Of a stretch of 32,000 bases of DNA, positions 8,236 through 17,754 are shown in pieces. Made by a program: the position numbers and the translations under genes. The first letter of the stretch is position 1; each line of letters begins with the position of its first letter. Source of the stretch: Methanothermobacter thermautotrophicus str. Delta H (GTDB lineage Archaea > Methanobacteriota > Methanobacteria > Methanobacteriales > Methanothermobacteraceae); NCBI RefSeq assembly GCF_000008645.1, contig NC_000916.1:660001-692000 (forward strand), given 5' to 3'. The notes beneath the pieces are model-generated. The model was given only the letters and a program-made list of their open reading frames with translations, searched no databases and was not told where the DNA came from.

Positions 8236-8982
8236 TCATATGATGGATGCTTCAACTGAATCAAGGCCGCCACCCATCCTGTATGAAAGTTTTATCTCGA
8301 CCTCACCTTTATCTCCGGTCTCCTCGAGGGGTATGATGAGCGGGGGGTTCATCATGGGTGTGGGACCGCATATGATTCCAGGAGCCGTCAGGGTAAAGGA
8401 TATTATTCTGATAGCGTTGAAGGGACTCGATGCCTGCAGCTTCAATGAACCCCTGAAAATCTCAGGGAGGTTCCCCCTGAACTCGACCCGGTCATAAACC
8501 CTCATTGGACCTGATGATGGTTGTGAAAGATTTTCATCATACATGATGTTTTCAAAGTTCACGGTGACGGGTTCTGCTGCATTGAAGACTGCCTGTGGTA
8601 TTACAGTCCCATCATTCCTCAGGAACTTTAGGGCCCTCCTTAGAACCGGGACCTGCTCCTCATCTATGAGTGCTGTGTCAAGCATCTCACATATGATCGT
8701 GTCAGCCGCACTGAATTCATAGTGCAGGGCGTCCTCGTTGACAACACTGACGTTATCCAGACCTGATAGGTTCTCCCCTGCACATGCAGCTATCTTTGGG
8801 TCCCTTTCAATTGCAATGACACGATCAGCATACTCTGAAGCAAAGAATGAGAGGATCCCGCTGCCTGCCCCGAGGTCATAGGTGAGGCCCCTGGCCCTGG
8901 ATGATATGGCCTCGCGGAAGGCTGCGAGGCGTTCATGATCCCCCAGAAGGTTTCCGTGATACGGTGTGACCCTGAATCTCAT
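8236..8982 (-). CDS. Class I SAM-dependent methyltransferase, PRMT-like two-domain architecture
   Basis: SAM motif I is TYDLGAGSGILS, followed by VIAIERD, and later EMLDTALIDE. The C-terminal beta-barrel-like half resembles protein arginine N-methyltransferases. Confidence 0.7.
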   Translation of the reverse strand: MRFRVTPYHGNLLGDHERLAAFREAISSRARGLTYDLGAGSGILSFFASEYADRVIAIERDPKIAACAGENLSGLDNVSVVNEDALHYEFSAADTIICEMLDTALIDEEQVPVLRRALKFLRNDGTVIPQAVFNAAEPVTVNFENIMYDENLSQPSSGPMRVYDRVEFRGNLPEIFRGSLKLQASSPFNAIRIISFTLTAPGIICGPTPMMNPPLIIPLEETGDKGEVEIKLSYRMGGGLDSVEASII

Positions 8983-9006
8983 TTAGGTACTGAAGGCTTT
9001 GCTGGA

Positions 9007-9429
9007 TCAGTGCTCATGTTCTATTTTCTGTTCGGTTGATGTGCTGGTGAGCCTCACGTGTTCAACGCCCTTGAGCCTCATCATCTTCTCGGTGAGTTCC
9101 CTTATCTTTGCAACATCTCCCTTAACCACTATGACCTCAAGGCAGTGTCTTTCGGTCATGTGTACGTGCATAACAGCGTTGATGTATTCACGGTAGTCGT
9201 GCTGTATGTCTGCAAGGTCCTCCATGACCCCTGTGTAGTGGTGGTCATAGATCACAGCAATAATACCGATTCGCTCACCTTCCATTTCATTCATCCACTG
9301 GTACCTTACAATGTAGTCCTTAAGGGCGTCTCTTATGCCCTTTGATCTTGACTGGTAGCCACGATCCCTTAGAACTTCATCAAATTCATTCAAGAGCTTT
9401 TTTGGCAGAGACATGCTTATTCTCATCAT
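9007..9429 (-). CDS. nikR: Nickel-responsive transcriptional regulator NikR
   Basis: N-terminal ribbon-helix-helix MRISMSLPKKLLNEFDEVL. C-terminal ACT-like nickel-binding domain with conserved His/Cys (HHYTG...HVHMTERHCLEV). Confidence 0.85.
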   Translation of the reverse strand: MMRISMSLPKKLLNEFDEVLRDRGYQSRSKGIRDALKDYIVRYQWMNEMEGERIGIIAVIYDHHYTGVMEDLADIQHDYREYINAVMHVHMTERHCLEVIVVKGDVAKIRELTEKMMRLKGVEHVRLTSTSTEQKIEHEH

Positions 9430-9453
9430 AACTATTACCCCACAAGTGGTTTG

Positions 9454-9489
9454 ATATGAATTTATTATATTATTATTCTAAAGTCATAT
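9454..9489. promoter_or_regulatory. Inverted repeat ATATGAaTT-N18-AAgTCATAT over the nikR promoter (candidate NikR operator)
   Basis: Arms at 9454-9462 and 9481-9489 match 8 of 9. The 6-mer cores ATATGA/TCATAT resemble the E. coli NikR half-sites GTATGA/TCATAC. The distal arm overlaps the minus-strand TATA box tttaaata (9487-9494). Confidence 0.35.
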
Positions 9490-9677
9490 TTAAACCTTTT
9501 TTTAGCTTGCAGTATTGTCTGCAGAAAACAACAGGTTATTACATGAATAATTAACACGACTATTTAAATGCATCGCAGACACCATGGCTGTCCCCGAGGA
9601 TAAAAGATACAGTGATGTCGGCACCGGCATAATTGCATAACAATGCCCTCAGGATAACAAAGCATAAAAAGATACAG

Positions 9678-9696
9678 TGATATATTAATTAGAAGT
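9678..9696 (+). promoter_or_regulatory. BRE/TATA promoter element tgatatattaattagaagt upstream of the CBS gene
   Basis: A/T-rich TATA 25-38 nt upstream of ATG 9716. It is 18/19 identical to 15912-15930, upstream of the AIM24-like gene. Confidence 0.45.
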
Positions 9697-9715
9697 ATGA
9701 CTTTGAGGGATTTCA

Positions 9716-10120
9716 ATGAAGGTTAAAGAAGCCATGAACCCTGAGATAATAACTGTGAGCCCCGAGACAAGGCCCCTCGAGGCCTTCGAGAAGATGTACA
9801 AACATGGAGTCAGGAGACTGTTCGTACTCGAAGATGATGGTAAACCTGTGGGTGTGGTATCCTACACTGACCTAATAGGAGTTCTTGGAACCATAAAACC
9901 CGACAGTGAACACCCTGAGAGGGACCTTAAGGTGAGGGACATCATGGTGGATGAGGTGATAACCATCTCCGCAGATGACAACATAGAGGACGCCGCCAAC
10001 CTCATGCTGAGGGCTGATATATCAGGACTCCTTGTAATGGATGATGAAAGACCTGTGGGAGTCATAACAAAAACTGACATATGCCGGCTGGTTGCAGCTG
10101 AGATACTGGTTCCCTCCTGA
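9716..10120 (+). CDS. CBS-domain pair protein
   Basis: Two tandem CBS repeats (MNPEIITVSPETRPLEAFEKMYKHGVRRLFVLEDDGKPVGVVSYTDL and IMVDEVITISADDNIEDAANLMLRADISGLLVMDDERPVGVITKTDI). Confidence 0.85.
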   Translation: MKVKEAMNPEIITVSPETRPLEAFEKMYKHGVRRLFVLEDDGKPVGVVSYTDLIGVLGTIKPDSEHPERDLKVRDIMVDEVITISADDNIEDAANLMLRADISGLLVMDDERPVGVITKTDICRLVAAEILVPS

Positions 10121-10160
10121 TGTCCAGGAGTGAGTGACCACAAGTAACTGGAGGTCCCCA

Positions 10161-10640
10161 TTGAAGATTATAACCAGAAAGGAAAACATGGTCTACAGGG
10201 AAATCAGGTACATGCAGCTTGACCTTAACACCCCCGTATCTGAGGATATGCTCAAAAGGAACCTTGACCTGCCAGAACACGAATACCATGACACCATCAC
10301 AGCTCTTGAGAATAAGGGACTTATTTCACGGGAAAATGGCCGTATAGTGGCCGAAAACCTCGATGAAGAGGTCAGGGTGATGGAGACCCAGGAAGATGTC
10401 AGGGTCGCCGAACTCAACCAGATCGAAGAGGAGGCCCTCAGGATCCTCAGGGAAATCGGGAGTGGAGCTCCAATCCCACGCTACCTCCTTGAGGGCCACC
10501 TCCTCTACGGTCCTCTTAAACTTGGGACCAGAAGGATGTACAACATCATCCTCTCCCTTGAAAACAGGGGGCTCATTGAAAGGGTCCTCCTTGAGGATGG
10601 TGAGTACTACCGTCCAATCATGGAGAAGACTGAAAATTGA
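10161..10640 (+). CDS. Hypothetical protein with two winged-helix-like segments (putative DNA-binding)
   Basis: The track ORF starts at GTG 10134. I prefer the in-frame TTG at 10161 because GGAGGT (10150-10155) sits 5 nt upstream. The segments DTITALENKGLISRENGRIV and MYNIILSLENRGLIERV look like wHTH recognition regions. Confidence 0.55.
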   Translation: MKIITRKENMVYREIRYMQLDLNTPVSEDMLKRNLDLPEHEYHDTITALENKGLISRENGRIVAENLDEEVRVMETQEDVRVAELNQIEEEALRILREIGSGAPIPRYLLEGHLLYGPLKLGTRRMYNIILSLENRGLIERVLLEDGEYYRPIMEKTEN

Positions 10641-10654
10641 TCCATGGATTTAAA

Positions 10655-10680
10655 GTCCCCTGCCAGGTAAAAACAGGGAC
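10655..10680. terminator. Hairpin between convergent genes (gtcccctg / cagggac, 11-nt loop)
   Basis: A 7-bp stem with one bulge sits between the stop at 10640 (+) and the pheS stop at 10680 (-). It is preceded by the ggatttaaagtcc mini-hairpin. Confidence 0.35.
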
Positions 10681-12215
10681 TAAAGCTCCAGGTCCCCGGT
10701 TACAGGGAGACCTCTGAGCCATCCGAGGTCGCTCTGGTAGAGCATCCTTATATCCTTTATATCAAATCTTATCATGGCAAGCCTCTCTATACCGAGACCA
10801 AAGGCGGCTACAGGTGTTTCAACTCCCAGAGGTTCCAGGACCTCGGGCCTGAACATCCCGGCCCCACCAAGCTCTATCCAGCTTTTTTTCTCCGGGAGAT
10901 AGATTTCACATTCGGTTGATAGGTATGTGTATGGGAAGTAGGCCGGTCTGAACCTGACCTCAAATCCAAGTTTCCTGTAGAACTCCCTCAGTATACCCAG
11001 AAGATTCCTGAAGTTAACCTCATCCCCTGCAACGATCCCCTCAACCTGATGAAACTCAGGGAGGTGCTTGTAGGTGATGGTCTCCCTCCTGAAAACACGT
11101 CCAACAGAAAACATCTTGAGGGGCGGTTCGTTCTCACTGAGGAACCTTGCAGAGACGCAGGTCGTATGGGTCCTGAGCACGCTCTGTCTTGCAACATCCC
11201 TGTCCCATTCGTACTGCCAGCCCTCTGATCCTGTTGAACCGCCGGTTTCATGTGCGTCCTGCACAGCCCTTACAAGGTCCTCACAGGGGAGATCCGTGAC
11301 GGCGGGGTTTTTAACATAGAAGGTGTCCTGCATCTCCCTTGCAGCGTGGTCCTGGGGCTGGAAGAGGCAGTCAAAGTTCCAGAAGGCAGACTCGACGATG
11401 GGGCCCCTTGATTCTGTGAATCCAAGTTTAAGGAATATTGACCTTATCTCATCGATTATGCGCCTCAGAGGGTGCATCTTTCCAGGGTAGACCAGAGGGT
11501 ACTCTGCATCAATGTTGTATCCCCTGTAGTGGAGTTTTCTCCAGGCCCCGCTCTTGAGGTGTTCATGGGTGACCTGTGTTGCCTCCTCAACTATCTCGAT
11601 TCCCCTTTCAAGGAGTTTTCTGCCCTCTGTGGTGAGTTCAATTGTATGCCTCTTAATTTTCCTTATATCAACTATTCCCTTCCGTCCCTTCAGATCCTTC
11701 AGTGCACCCCTGAGTTCATCAGGGAGTTCTCTGATCCTCACGGATCCCCTTTCAAGTAAGAGTTCCAGCAGCCTCTCATCCGCACCCCTTTCAGGTGTTT
11801 CATCGCTCACCGCTGAGACCATCCCCTGGCTTATCCTCCCCCATCCCTTCCTCATGAGCCAGCCAATACCAATACCTGCCTCTTTCTTATCAAGACCCGC
11901 TCTCCTGGAAAGTTCTGACATTTCAAGCTCTTCTTCACCTTTAAGGGCCTCTATGAGTCTGCGCTCAGGAAGTCCCTCCCTGGCACAGGACTCTCCATCC
12001 TCTGTGAGGGATACAACCTCATCCGCGTCCTTCATAACCCTCACAAATCCCCTTGATTCAAGTGCGCCTGACGCACTCATGACAGATTTTATATCAATTT
12101 TCTGGGATTCTGCTATTTCTTCAGGCTTTAATGGTTTATCTGAGCCTTCGAATGCTTTCAGAACCTTCTTCTCGTAAATGTGAAGCTGGTCAATGATCCT
12201 GTCAAGATCCATCAT
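10680..12215 (-). CDS. pheS: Phenylalanine--tRNA ligase alpha subunit (archaeal type)
   Basis: 511 aa. N-terminal wHTH repeats, then the class II catalytic core: [43 protein letters not shown]. Confidence 0.9.
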
Positions 12216-12249
12216 AATAATTCTCCTCCAGTTTACTCAAATAAGCGTT

Positions 12250-13167
12250 TCAACCCAGTTCTGAGTAGTAATCAAGTAATCCAACCATGACAGAGGAAGC
12301 TGTGAGATCCGCGGTTGTCCCGGGGTTCCATCCCATCCGGTAGAGCTTCCTGTCAAATTTCTCAACCCTCCTGAGACCCGCTGCAGTGAGCACACCTCCC
12401 CTATCAACGATGTCTGAGGCTTCCTCTGAAACCTCCACGGCGATCTTCTCGCCATACTTCCTGGATATCAGTGTGTCGGGGAATCTTGAAAGTATGGTCA
12501 GGAATGTCTGGACCACGGCCCGGTTCATGCCATGCTTCTCCACGGTTCCCTTAAAGACCGGGAAGCCGACGTTGAATGTAACCGGCATGCTGGACGTTAA
12601 CTCCCTTGCAATGAGGTCCCAGTCAGCTGACATCTTGAGGGTGTCAAAGAGGGTGATGTTCTCATCGATTATCCTCTGCTGTGAAGCAGGGTCATTAACG
12701 TCGAGGGTGTCATGTTCACCCATTCCACCGGCCTCCGCAGTTGAAATGGCCCTGTAGAGGTTAACAGCGTCCCCTGATGTTGTCTGAAGTATAAGACGGT
12801 TTACCTGCTCCCTGAGTCCCTGGAGATCCCCGCTGTCAACCATCCCTGCGGCTGCTGAGAGGGGTGTGAGCAGCATTATGATACCAAGGTTTGTATTGGT
12901 TGAAACCCACCTCCTGGTGTCCTCAACCGCCCTGAGTATGAGCTCTCCCAGCCCGAGGGTCGAAAGGTCAAGAGTATCCCTCAGTTTCTCCCCCCTCTCT
13001 GCTGCCAGTCTCATGGTATCACCTGTGACTATCCCGCTCACGAGGAAGTCCTCGTAGACCATATCATCGAAGTCACGGGTCCTGTGGACATTGCCTGGTT
13101 TCGGGTATCCGCTGACCTCAAGGACAGAGGCCAGTTCTGCTATCCTTGAAACATGGAGGGGATCCAT
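12250..13167 (-). CDS. Triphosphoribosyl-dephospho-CoA synthase family protein (CitG/MdcB-like)
   Basis: The N-terminal signature EVSGYPKPGNVHRTRDFDDM and an overall helical 305-aa protein are typical of the CitG family. The ATG abuts the hemB TAG stop (13168-13170). Confidence 0.7.
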   Translation of the reverse strand: MDPLHVSRIAELASVLEVSGYPKPGNVHRTRDFDDMVYEDFLVSGIVTGDTMRLAAERGEKLRDTLDLSTLGLGELILRAVEDTRRWVSTNTNLGIIMLLTPLSAAAGMVDSGDLQGLREQVNRLILQTTSGDAVNLYRAISTAEAGGMGEHDTLDVNDPASQQRIIDENITLFDTLKMSADWDLIARELTSSMPVTFNVGFPVFKGTVEKHGMNRAVVQTFLTILSRFPDTLISRKYGEKIAVEVSEEASDIVDRGGVLTAAGLRRVEKFDRKLYRMGWNPGTTADLTASSVMVGLLDYYSELG

Positions 13168-14136
13168 CTAGATCACCCCCAGGAGATCAGGTGCGAAGTG
13201 TGATATTATAAGATCTGCACCTGCACGTTTTATTGATAATATGGATTCATATATGGCCTCATCAGTGAGGTATCCGCTCTTTATGGCCGCCTTCAGCATT
13301 GAGTACTCGCCACTGACGTTGTATGCTGCAAGTGGCACGCTGAACCTCTCCCTGACCTTACCTATAACATCAAGGTATGCCAGGGCCGGTTTCACCATGA
13401 GTATATCAGCACCCTCCCTGAGGTCCAGTTCAGCCTCAATGAGGGCCTCGTCAATGTTGGCAGGGTCCATCTGATAGGATCTCCTGTCACCGAAGGCAGG
13501 GGCCGATGATACGGCGCCCCGGAATGGTGCATAGAATGCTGAAGCATATTTAACCGCGTAGGACATTATCAGGGTGTCCTGGAAGCCTGCATCATCAAGG
13601 CTCCTCCTTATGGCTGCCACCCTACCATCCATCATATCCGATGGGGCCACCACGTCTGCCCCGGCCTCGGCATGGGATAGGGCTATCCTTGAAAGGACCT
13701 CCAGGGTCTCATCGTTGACGATTTCGCCATCCACGACGATACCGCAGTGCCCATGGCTGGTGTACTGGCATAGGCAGACATCAGTCATGACCACAAGGTC
13801 TGTTTCCTCCTTGAGCCTCCTCACAGTCCTCTGCACAACACCGTGGGGGTCATGGGCTGCTGAGGCGAGCTCATCCTTGGCTGATGGCATTCCGAATATG
13901 AGTACGGATGATAGTCCCTCATCCTCAAGTCTGGATGCCTCGGAAACCGCATCATCCACAGAGTACCTGAACTGGCCTGGCATTGTATCTATGGCCTCCA
14001 CATCACCCCTTCCAAGTTTTTCACTCACAAACATGGGGTATATGAGATCCGATGGGTGCAGCCGTGTTTCTCTAAGGATATTCCTTATCTGTGGACTCTT
14101 ACGTAACCTTCGCATCCTTTTTGTGGGAAACTCCAT
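13168..14136 (-). CDS. hemB: Porphobilinogen synthase (delta-aminolevulinate dehydratase)
   Basis: [12 protein letters not shown]-terminus, Zn/active-site region [24 protein letters not shown], and SGEYSM. The track starts at GTG 14148. ATG 14136, preceded by GTGAGTGAT, is the likelier start. Confidence 0.9.
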   Translation of the reverse strand: MEFPTKRMRRLRKSPQIRNILRETRLHPSDLIYPMFVSEKLGRGDVEAIDTMPGQFRYSVDDAVSEASRLEDEGLSSVLIFGMPSAKDELASAAHDPHGVVQRTVRRLKEETDLVVMTDVCLCQYTSHGHCGIVVDGEIVNDETLEVLSRIALSHAEAGADVVAPSDMMDGRVAAIRRSLDDAGFQDTLIMSYAVKYASAFYAPFRGAVSSAPAFGDRRSYQMDPANIDEALIEAELDLREGADILMVKPALAYLDVIGKVRERFSVPLAAYNVSGEYSMLKAAIKSGYLTDEAIYESILSIKRAGADLIISHFAPDLLGVI

Positions 14137-14272
14137 ATTATCACTCACAGGTAACTGTTGGATTCATTGTGATATTTCTTATTACATCCTCAAGGGTAAA
14201 AAACATAACCATGTCCCGCGCAGAAAATAAATTCCGGGGCCCTTCATGAACACCACGGTTGATGTATGGAGA

Positions 14273-15136
14273 TCATGACTCAACATCCACAAGGACCTCA
14301 ACACGTTTTATGGCCTCATCAACAGCCTCAGGGTCCATAATTATCTTTATGGCACCTTCAGGACACCTCTCAGCGCACCTGCCGCATATGAGGCATTTTC
14401 TTGCGTCGTGCTCCAGTTCCTTCCCCACAGCTATGGCACCAGTGAAGCAGGCCTCCTCACAGCGACCGCATAGAACACAGCTGGACTCCTCCCTTTTCAG
14501 TTCCACGCCTTCCATTGGTGTTATGGAGGATGCTATGTCCTCAGAGAGGAGTGGCGTCATCTTCCAGAGACAGCAGCATTCACAGCAGCTACAGACCGAG
14601 AGGAGTTCATCATGGGGCCCTGAGTTAAGCCAGACAGAGTCTATCCTGTTCCTCCCTATTATATGGACCAGTCCTGCCTCCTGGCATCTTTCAATGTGTT
14701 CAAGTGCCTCCTCAGCAGATATGAGTCTTCCGACCTTCTCTGAGATCCTCATGGCTCCGGGGCCCAGGAAGAGGCAGCCAAGGTCATGGGGGTAGCTGCT
14801 GCAGCCCGATGAGACCCTGCATATGCAGAAGTCCATCCGGAAGATGTACCTGGACCGGAGTATCATCCTCCTCAGGACCTCCGATGGGAGGGCGACATTC
14901 TCAGGCACCTGGATGCGGTGGTTTATCTCGATGGATGAGTTCCTGGGTATGACCTGTATATCGTCCCCCTCAAAGAAGAGTCTCCTTACGAGGTTCCTGA
15001 ATATCACAGACCTTTCTGTGAGGGATGCGAGTTTAAATCGGGACCTGAATGTCCTCCTTATTATCGCAACACTTATATCTGTGAAGTCAATCACGTGAAC
15101 CACCCAGTTTTTCTGTGAGGGGATCGCCATCCCCAT
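14273..15136 (-). CDS. Iron-sulfur protein with a C-terminal 2x[4Fe-4S] ferredoxin domain and a Cys-rich middle region
   Basis: CVLCGRCEEAC and CLICGRCAERCP ferredoxin motifs, plus SVCSCCECCCLW. The start is uncertain: ATG 15136 overlaps the upstream gene by 50 nt, and GTG 15096 is an alternative. Confidence 0.7.
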   Translation of the reverse strand: MGMAIPSQKNWVVHVIDFTDISVAIIRRTFRSRFKLASLTERSVIFRNLVRRLFFEGDDIQVIPRNSSIEINHRIQVPENVALPSEVLRRMILRSRYIFRMDFCICRVSSGCSSYPHDLGCLFLGPGAMRISEKVGRLISAEEALEHIERCQEAGLVHIIGRNRIDSVWLNSGPHDELLSVCSCCECCCLWKMTPLLSEDIASSITPMEGVELKREESSCVLCGRCEEACFTGAIAVGKELEHDARKCLICGRCAERCPEGAIKIIMDPEAVDEAIKRVEVLVDVES

Positions 15137-15770
15137 GGACCCTTCCTCTGTAGTAGGACTTGCCGTGCCTGACTATAAGGGCATGGTACTCCTGGAAGAC
15201 CCTGAAATCGGGTTCAAGGGACCTTTCGAAGAGTTCCTTTATTCTGTGGTAGCTCTCATCACCGGCTATGAGTCCCAGATGGGTCAGTATCCTCCTTGTG
15301 TATGCATCAACCACGAACTCCGGTTTTCTGTAGGCATATAGCAGCACTGAATCCGCGGTTTCGGGGCCGACACCCCTTACCTTCAGGAGCTCCTTCCGGG
15401 ATGGTGTTGAGCCCTCAAGGGATATGAAGAACCCTGCCATTTCGCGGAGGTATGAGACCTTCTGTCTGTAGAAACCAGCACACCTTATGGCCGCCTCAAG
15501 TTCAGCGTCATCCAGGGAGAGTATCCTGTGGGGTTTAAGGGCGTCCATTGCCGCAAGGTTTCTGAGTGCAGATGCAGCAGAGTCCCAGGAGGTGTTCTGT
15601 GTGAGTATGGAACCTGTGATGACCTCAAAGACATCCCCATCATCTGATGGTGGGGTGTAATCGCCGGGGTGGTACCTGAGTGTCATTGTATCCCTATCAA
15701 GGAGTGGCCACCATCCCTGGGGCCCGTAGAGTTCCATGAGGAAACGGTAGATATGCCTGAGCACCTTCAT
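15087..15770 (-). CDS. HhH-GPD superfamily protein, endonuclease III-related DNA glycosylase-like, without a C-terminal Fe-S cluster
   Basis: ILTQNTSW, the HhH-GPD motif LLKVRGVGPETADSVLLYA, and the catalytic-region VDAYTRRIL. The first 26 codons of the track ORF (from 15848) look non-coding. I start at ATG 15770 (MKVLRHIYRFLMELYGPQGWWPL). Confidence 0.75.
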   Translation of the reverse strand: MKVLRHIYRFLMELYGPQGWWPLLDRDTMTLRYHPGDYTPPSDDGDVFEVITGSILTQNTSWDSAASALRNLAAMDALKPHRILSLDDAELEAAIRCAGFYRQKVSYLREMAGFFISLEGSTPSRKELLKVRGVGPETADSVLLYAYRKPEFVVDAYTRRILTHLGLIAGDESYHRIKELFERSLEPDFRVFQEYHALIVRHGKSYYRGRVHGDGDPLTEKLGGSRD

Positions 15771-15911
15771 GTTTAATAGGTAAATAAACACCACGGTTAA
15801 ACATTTAGGTCCGGCGTGAAAACCCTGATTGTAAGGAATCCACATCAACCGCCATCCTCATGATCACAGAACATAAAAAGCAGCACAATCAGTAAACCAG
15901 CAATACCCCGA

Positions 15912-15930
15912 TGATATATTAATTAAAAGT
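15912..15930 (+). promoter_or_regulatory. BRE/TATA promoter element tgatatattaattaaaagt upstream of the AIM24-like gene
   Basis: Lies 33 nt upstream of ATG 15945. It is 18/19 identical to 9678-9696. Confidence 0.45.
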
Positions 15931-15944
15931 TACACAGTAAATCC

Positions 15945-16604
15945 ATGAGATATGAAATTTTACACAGACCAAGTTTTAGTATGGCTCACATCGAGCTTGA
16001 AAGCGGTGAAGCGATAAAGGCTGAGACCGGTGCAATGGTGAGCATGAGCTCAAACATAGAACTTCAGACAGAGACAGGGGGTCTTCTTGGGGCTTTTAAG
16101 AGATCCATTGGAGGGGAAAGCCTTTTCCTCAACACCTTCAGGGCACAGGGTAGGGGGGATGTGCAGCTCGCACCGGCCTACCCGGGTGATGTTGAGGTCC
16201 TTGAGACAACGGAGGCCATCTATGCCCAGAGCGGCGCATTCATGGCCGGACCAGAAGATGTGGAGATAGACACAAAACTGGGAGGTTTCAAGACCTTCTT
16301 TGCAAGGGAGGGATTATTCCTTCTTAAAATCCAGTCCTCAGGACCGGTGTTCCTTTCAAGTTTCGGGGCAATTTACAGCAGGGAACTTGTAAATGAGAGG
16401 TTCATAGTGGACACAGGCCACGTTGTAGCCTTCACAGAGGGTCTTGATTTCAGTGTAAGAAAGGTTGGTGGACTTAAAAGTACTTTTCTGAGTGGCGAAG
16501 GCCTGGTTGCAGAATTTGAAGGTACAGGAACCGTATACATGCAGAGCCGGAGCATTGATAGCTTCGTTGGATGGTTAACACCCATGCTCCCCTCAAGGAG
16601 TTAG
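15945..16604 (+). CDS. AIM24 / DUF124 (TIGR00266) family protein
   Basis: 219 aa, all-beta-looking. It shows the family pattern I recognise: [14 protein letters not shown]...LFLNTF.G.G.V...P.G.I; [11 protein letters not shown]...GEGLV..F.G.G.V..QSR. Confidence 0.7.
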   Translation: MRYEILHRPSFSMAHIELESGEAIKAETGAMVSMSSNIELQTETGGLLGAFKRSIGGESLFLNTFRAQGRGDVQLAPAYPGDVEVLETTEAIYAQSGAFMAGPEDVEIDTKLGGFKTFFAREGLFLLKIQSSGPVFLSSFGAIYSRELVNERFIVDTGHVVAFTEGLDFSVRKVGGLKSTFLSGEGLVAEFEGTGTVYMQSRSIDSFVGWLTPMLPSRS

Positions 16605-16626
16605 ATTGATACTGTGTGGTGATTCG

Positions 16627-17730
16627 GTGGCCGGGAACAGTACCGGTGAAATGTTCAGAGTAACGACCTTCGGATCCAGCCATGGTCCTGCAGTGGGTGC
16701 CGTTATCGACGGCTGCCCCGCAGGTCTCGAGCTGAGTGAGGATGACATACAGCAGGAACTTAACAGGAGAAGACCTGGAACCGGCGCCCTGACCACTCCA
16801 CGGGCTGAATCCGACAGGGTCGAGATACTCTCAGGTATATTCAGGGGAAGAACAGATGGCACTCCAATAGCTGGAATCGTCAGAAACCTGGACGCCGACT
16901 CAAAAAGTTACAGCAACATTAAGAATACACCAAGGCCGGGGCACGGCGACTACACCTGGAGGGCGAGGTTCAGGAACTACGACTACCGTGGCGGTGGCCG
17001 TGGAAGTGGAAGGGTTACCATTGGGCACGTAATCGGTGGGGCCGTTGCAAAGAAACTCATCGGTAATTATGGTTTGACCGTAACAGGCCACGTTGTACAG
17101 GTGGGTGATGTTAAGGCAGACACTGTAAGCCTTAAAAGGATAGGCGAGTATGCTGAGAGCAATCCTGTTCGCTGTGCAGATCCCAGGGCGGCCAGACAGA
17201 TGGAGAAGGTTATACTTGATGCCCGCAGCAGGGGAGACTCCGTTGGCGGGGTTGTTGAGGTTGTTGTCCTGGGTGCGCCCCCTGGACTCGGCGATCCGGT
17301 ATTCAGTAAACTCGATGCAGATATGGCCAGGGCCCTCATGGGTATCGGGTCTGTGAAGGGTGTTGAGATCGGGATGGGATTCGAGGTTGCAGAACACCGT
17401 GCAAGTGAGATAAACGATGAGTTCTACCTGGATGATGATGGTAAGGTGAGGACAACAACAAACACCTCTGGAGGCATACTTGGAGGAATATCAAGCGGCA
17501 TGCCAATAACTGCAAGGATAGCAGTAAAGCCCACACCATCCATATCAGTCCCCCAGAAGACCGTTGACCTTGAAAGGATGGAGGAAACAACCATTGAGGT
17601 CCGTGGAAGACATGATCCCTGCATCTGCCCCAGGGTTGTGCCTGTTGCAGAGGCTGCGGTTGCAATCGTCCTTGCCGACCATATGATAAGGGCCGGCTTC
17701 ATCCACCCCACATACATTGGAAACGAATGA
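16627..17730 (+). CDS. aroC: Chorismate synthase
   Basis: [48 protein letters not shown] and GRHDPC motifs. The track starts at TTG 16606. GTG 16627 (RBS GGTGAT) reproduces the canonical (M)AGN.FG N-terminus. Confidence 0.9.
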   Translation: MAGNSTGEMFRVTTFGSSHGPAVGAVIDGCPAGLELSEDDIQQELNRRRPGTGALTTPRAESDRVEILSGIFRGRTDGTPIAGIVRNLDADSKSYSNIKNTPRPGHGDYTWRARFRNYDYRGGGRGSGRVTIGHVIGGAVAKKLIGNYGLTVTGHVVQVGDVKADTVSLKRIGEYAESNPVRCADPRAARQMEKVILDARSRGDSVGGVVEVVVLGAPPGLGDPVFSKLDADMARALMGIGSVKGVEIGMGFEVAEHRASEINDEFYLDDDGKVRTTTNTSGGILGGISSGMPITARIAVKPTPSISVPQKTVDLERMEETTIEVRGRHDPCICPRVVPVAEAAVAIVLADHMIRAGFIHPTYIGNE

Positions 17731-17754
17731 AAGAATCCCTATCTGACCAGAGAG

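Noticed and set aside
7892-8497. 201-aa plus-strand ORF spanning the protease/methyltransferase junction
   Set aside because: It crosses an intergenic gap of two well-supported minus-strand genes and has a low-complexity composition.
11554-12177. 207-aa plus-strand ORF inside pheS
   Set aside because: It is extremely Ser-rich and low-complexity, the typical shadow of a GAR/AAG-rich gene on the other strand. The opposite strand encodes an unmistakable PheS.
13574-14230. 218-aa plus-strand ORF antisense to hemB
   Set aside because: Ser/Thr-rich shadow ORF with no RBS. HemB motifs occupy the other strand throughout.
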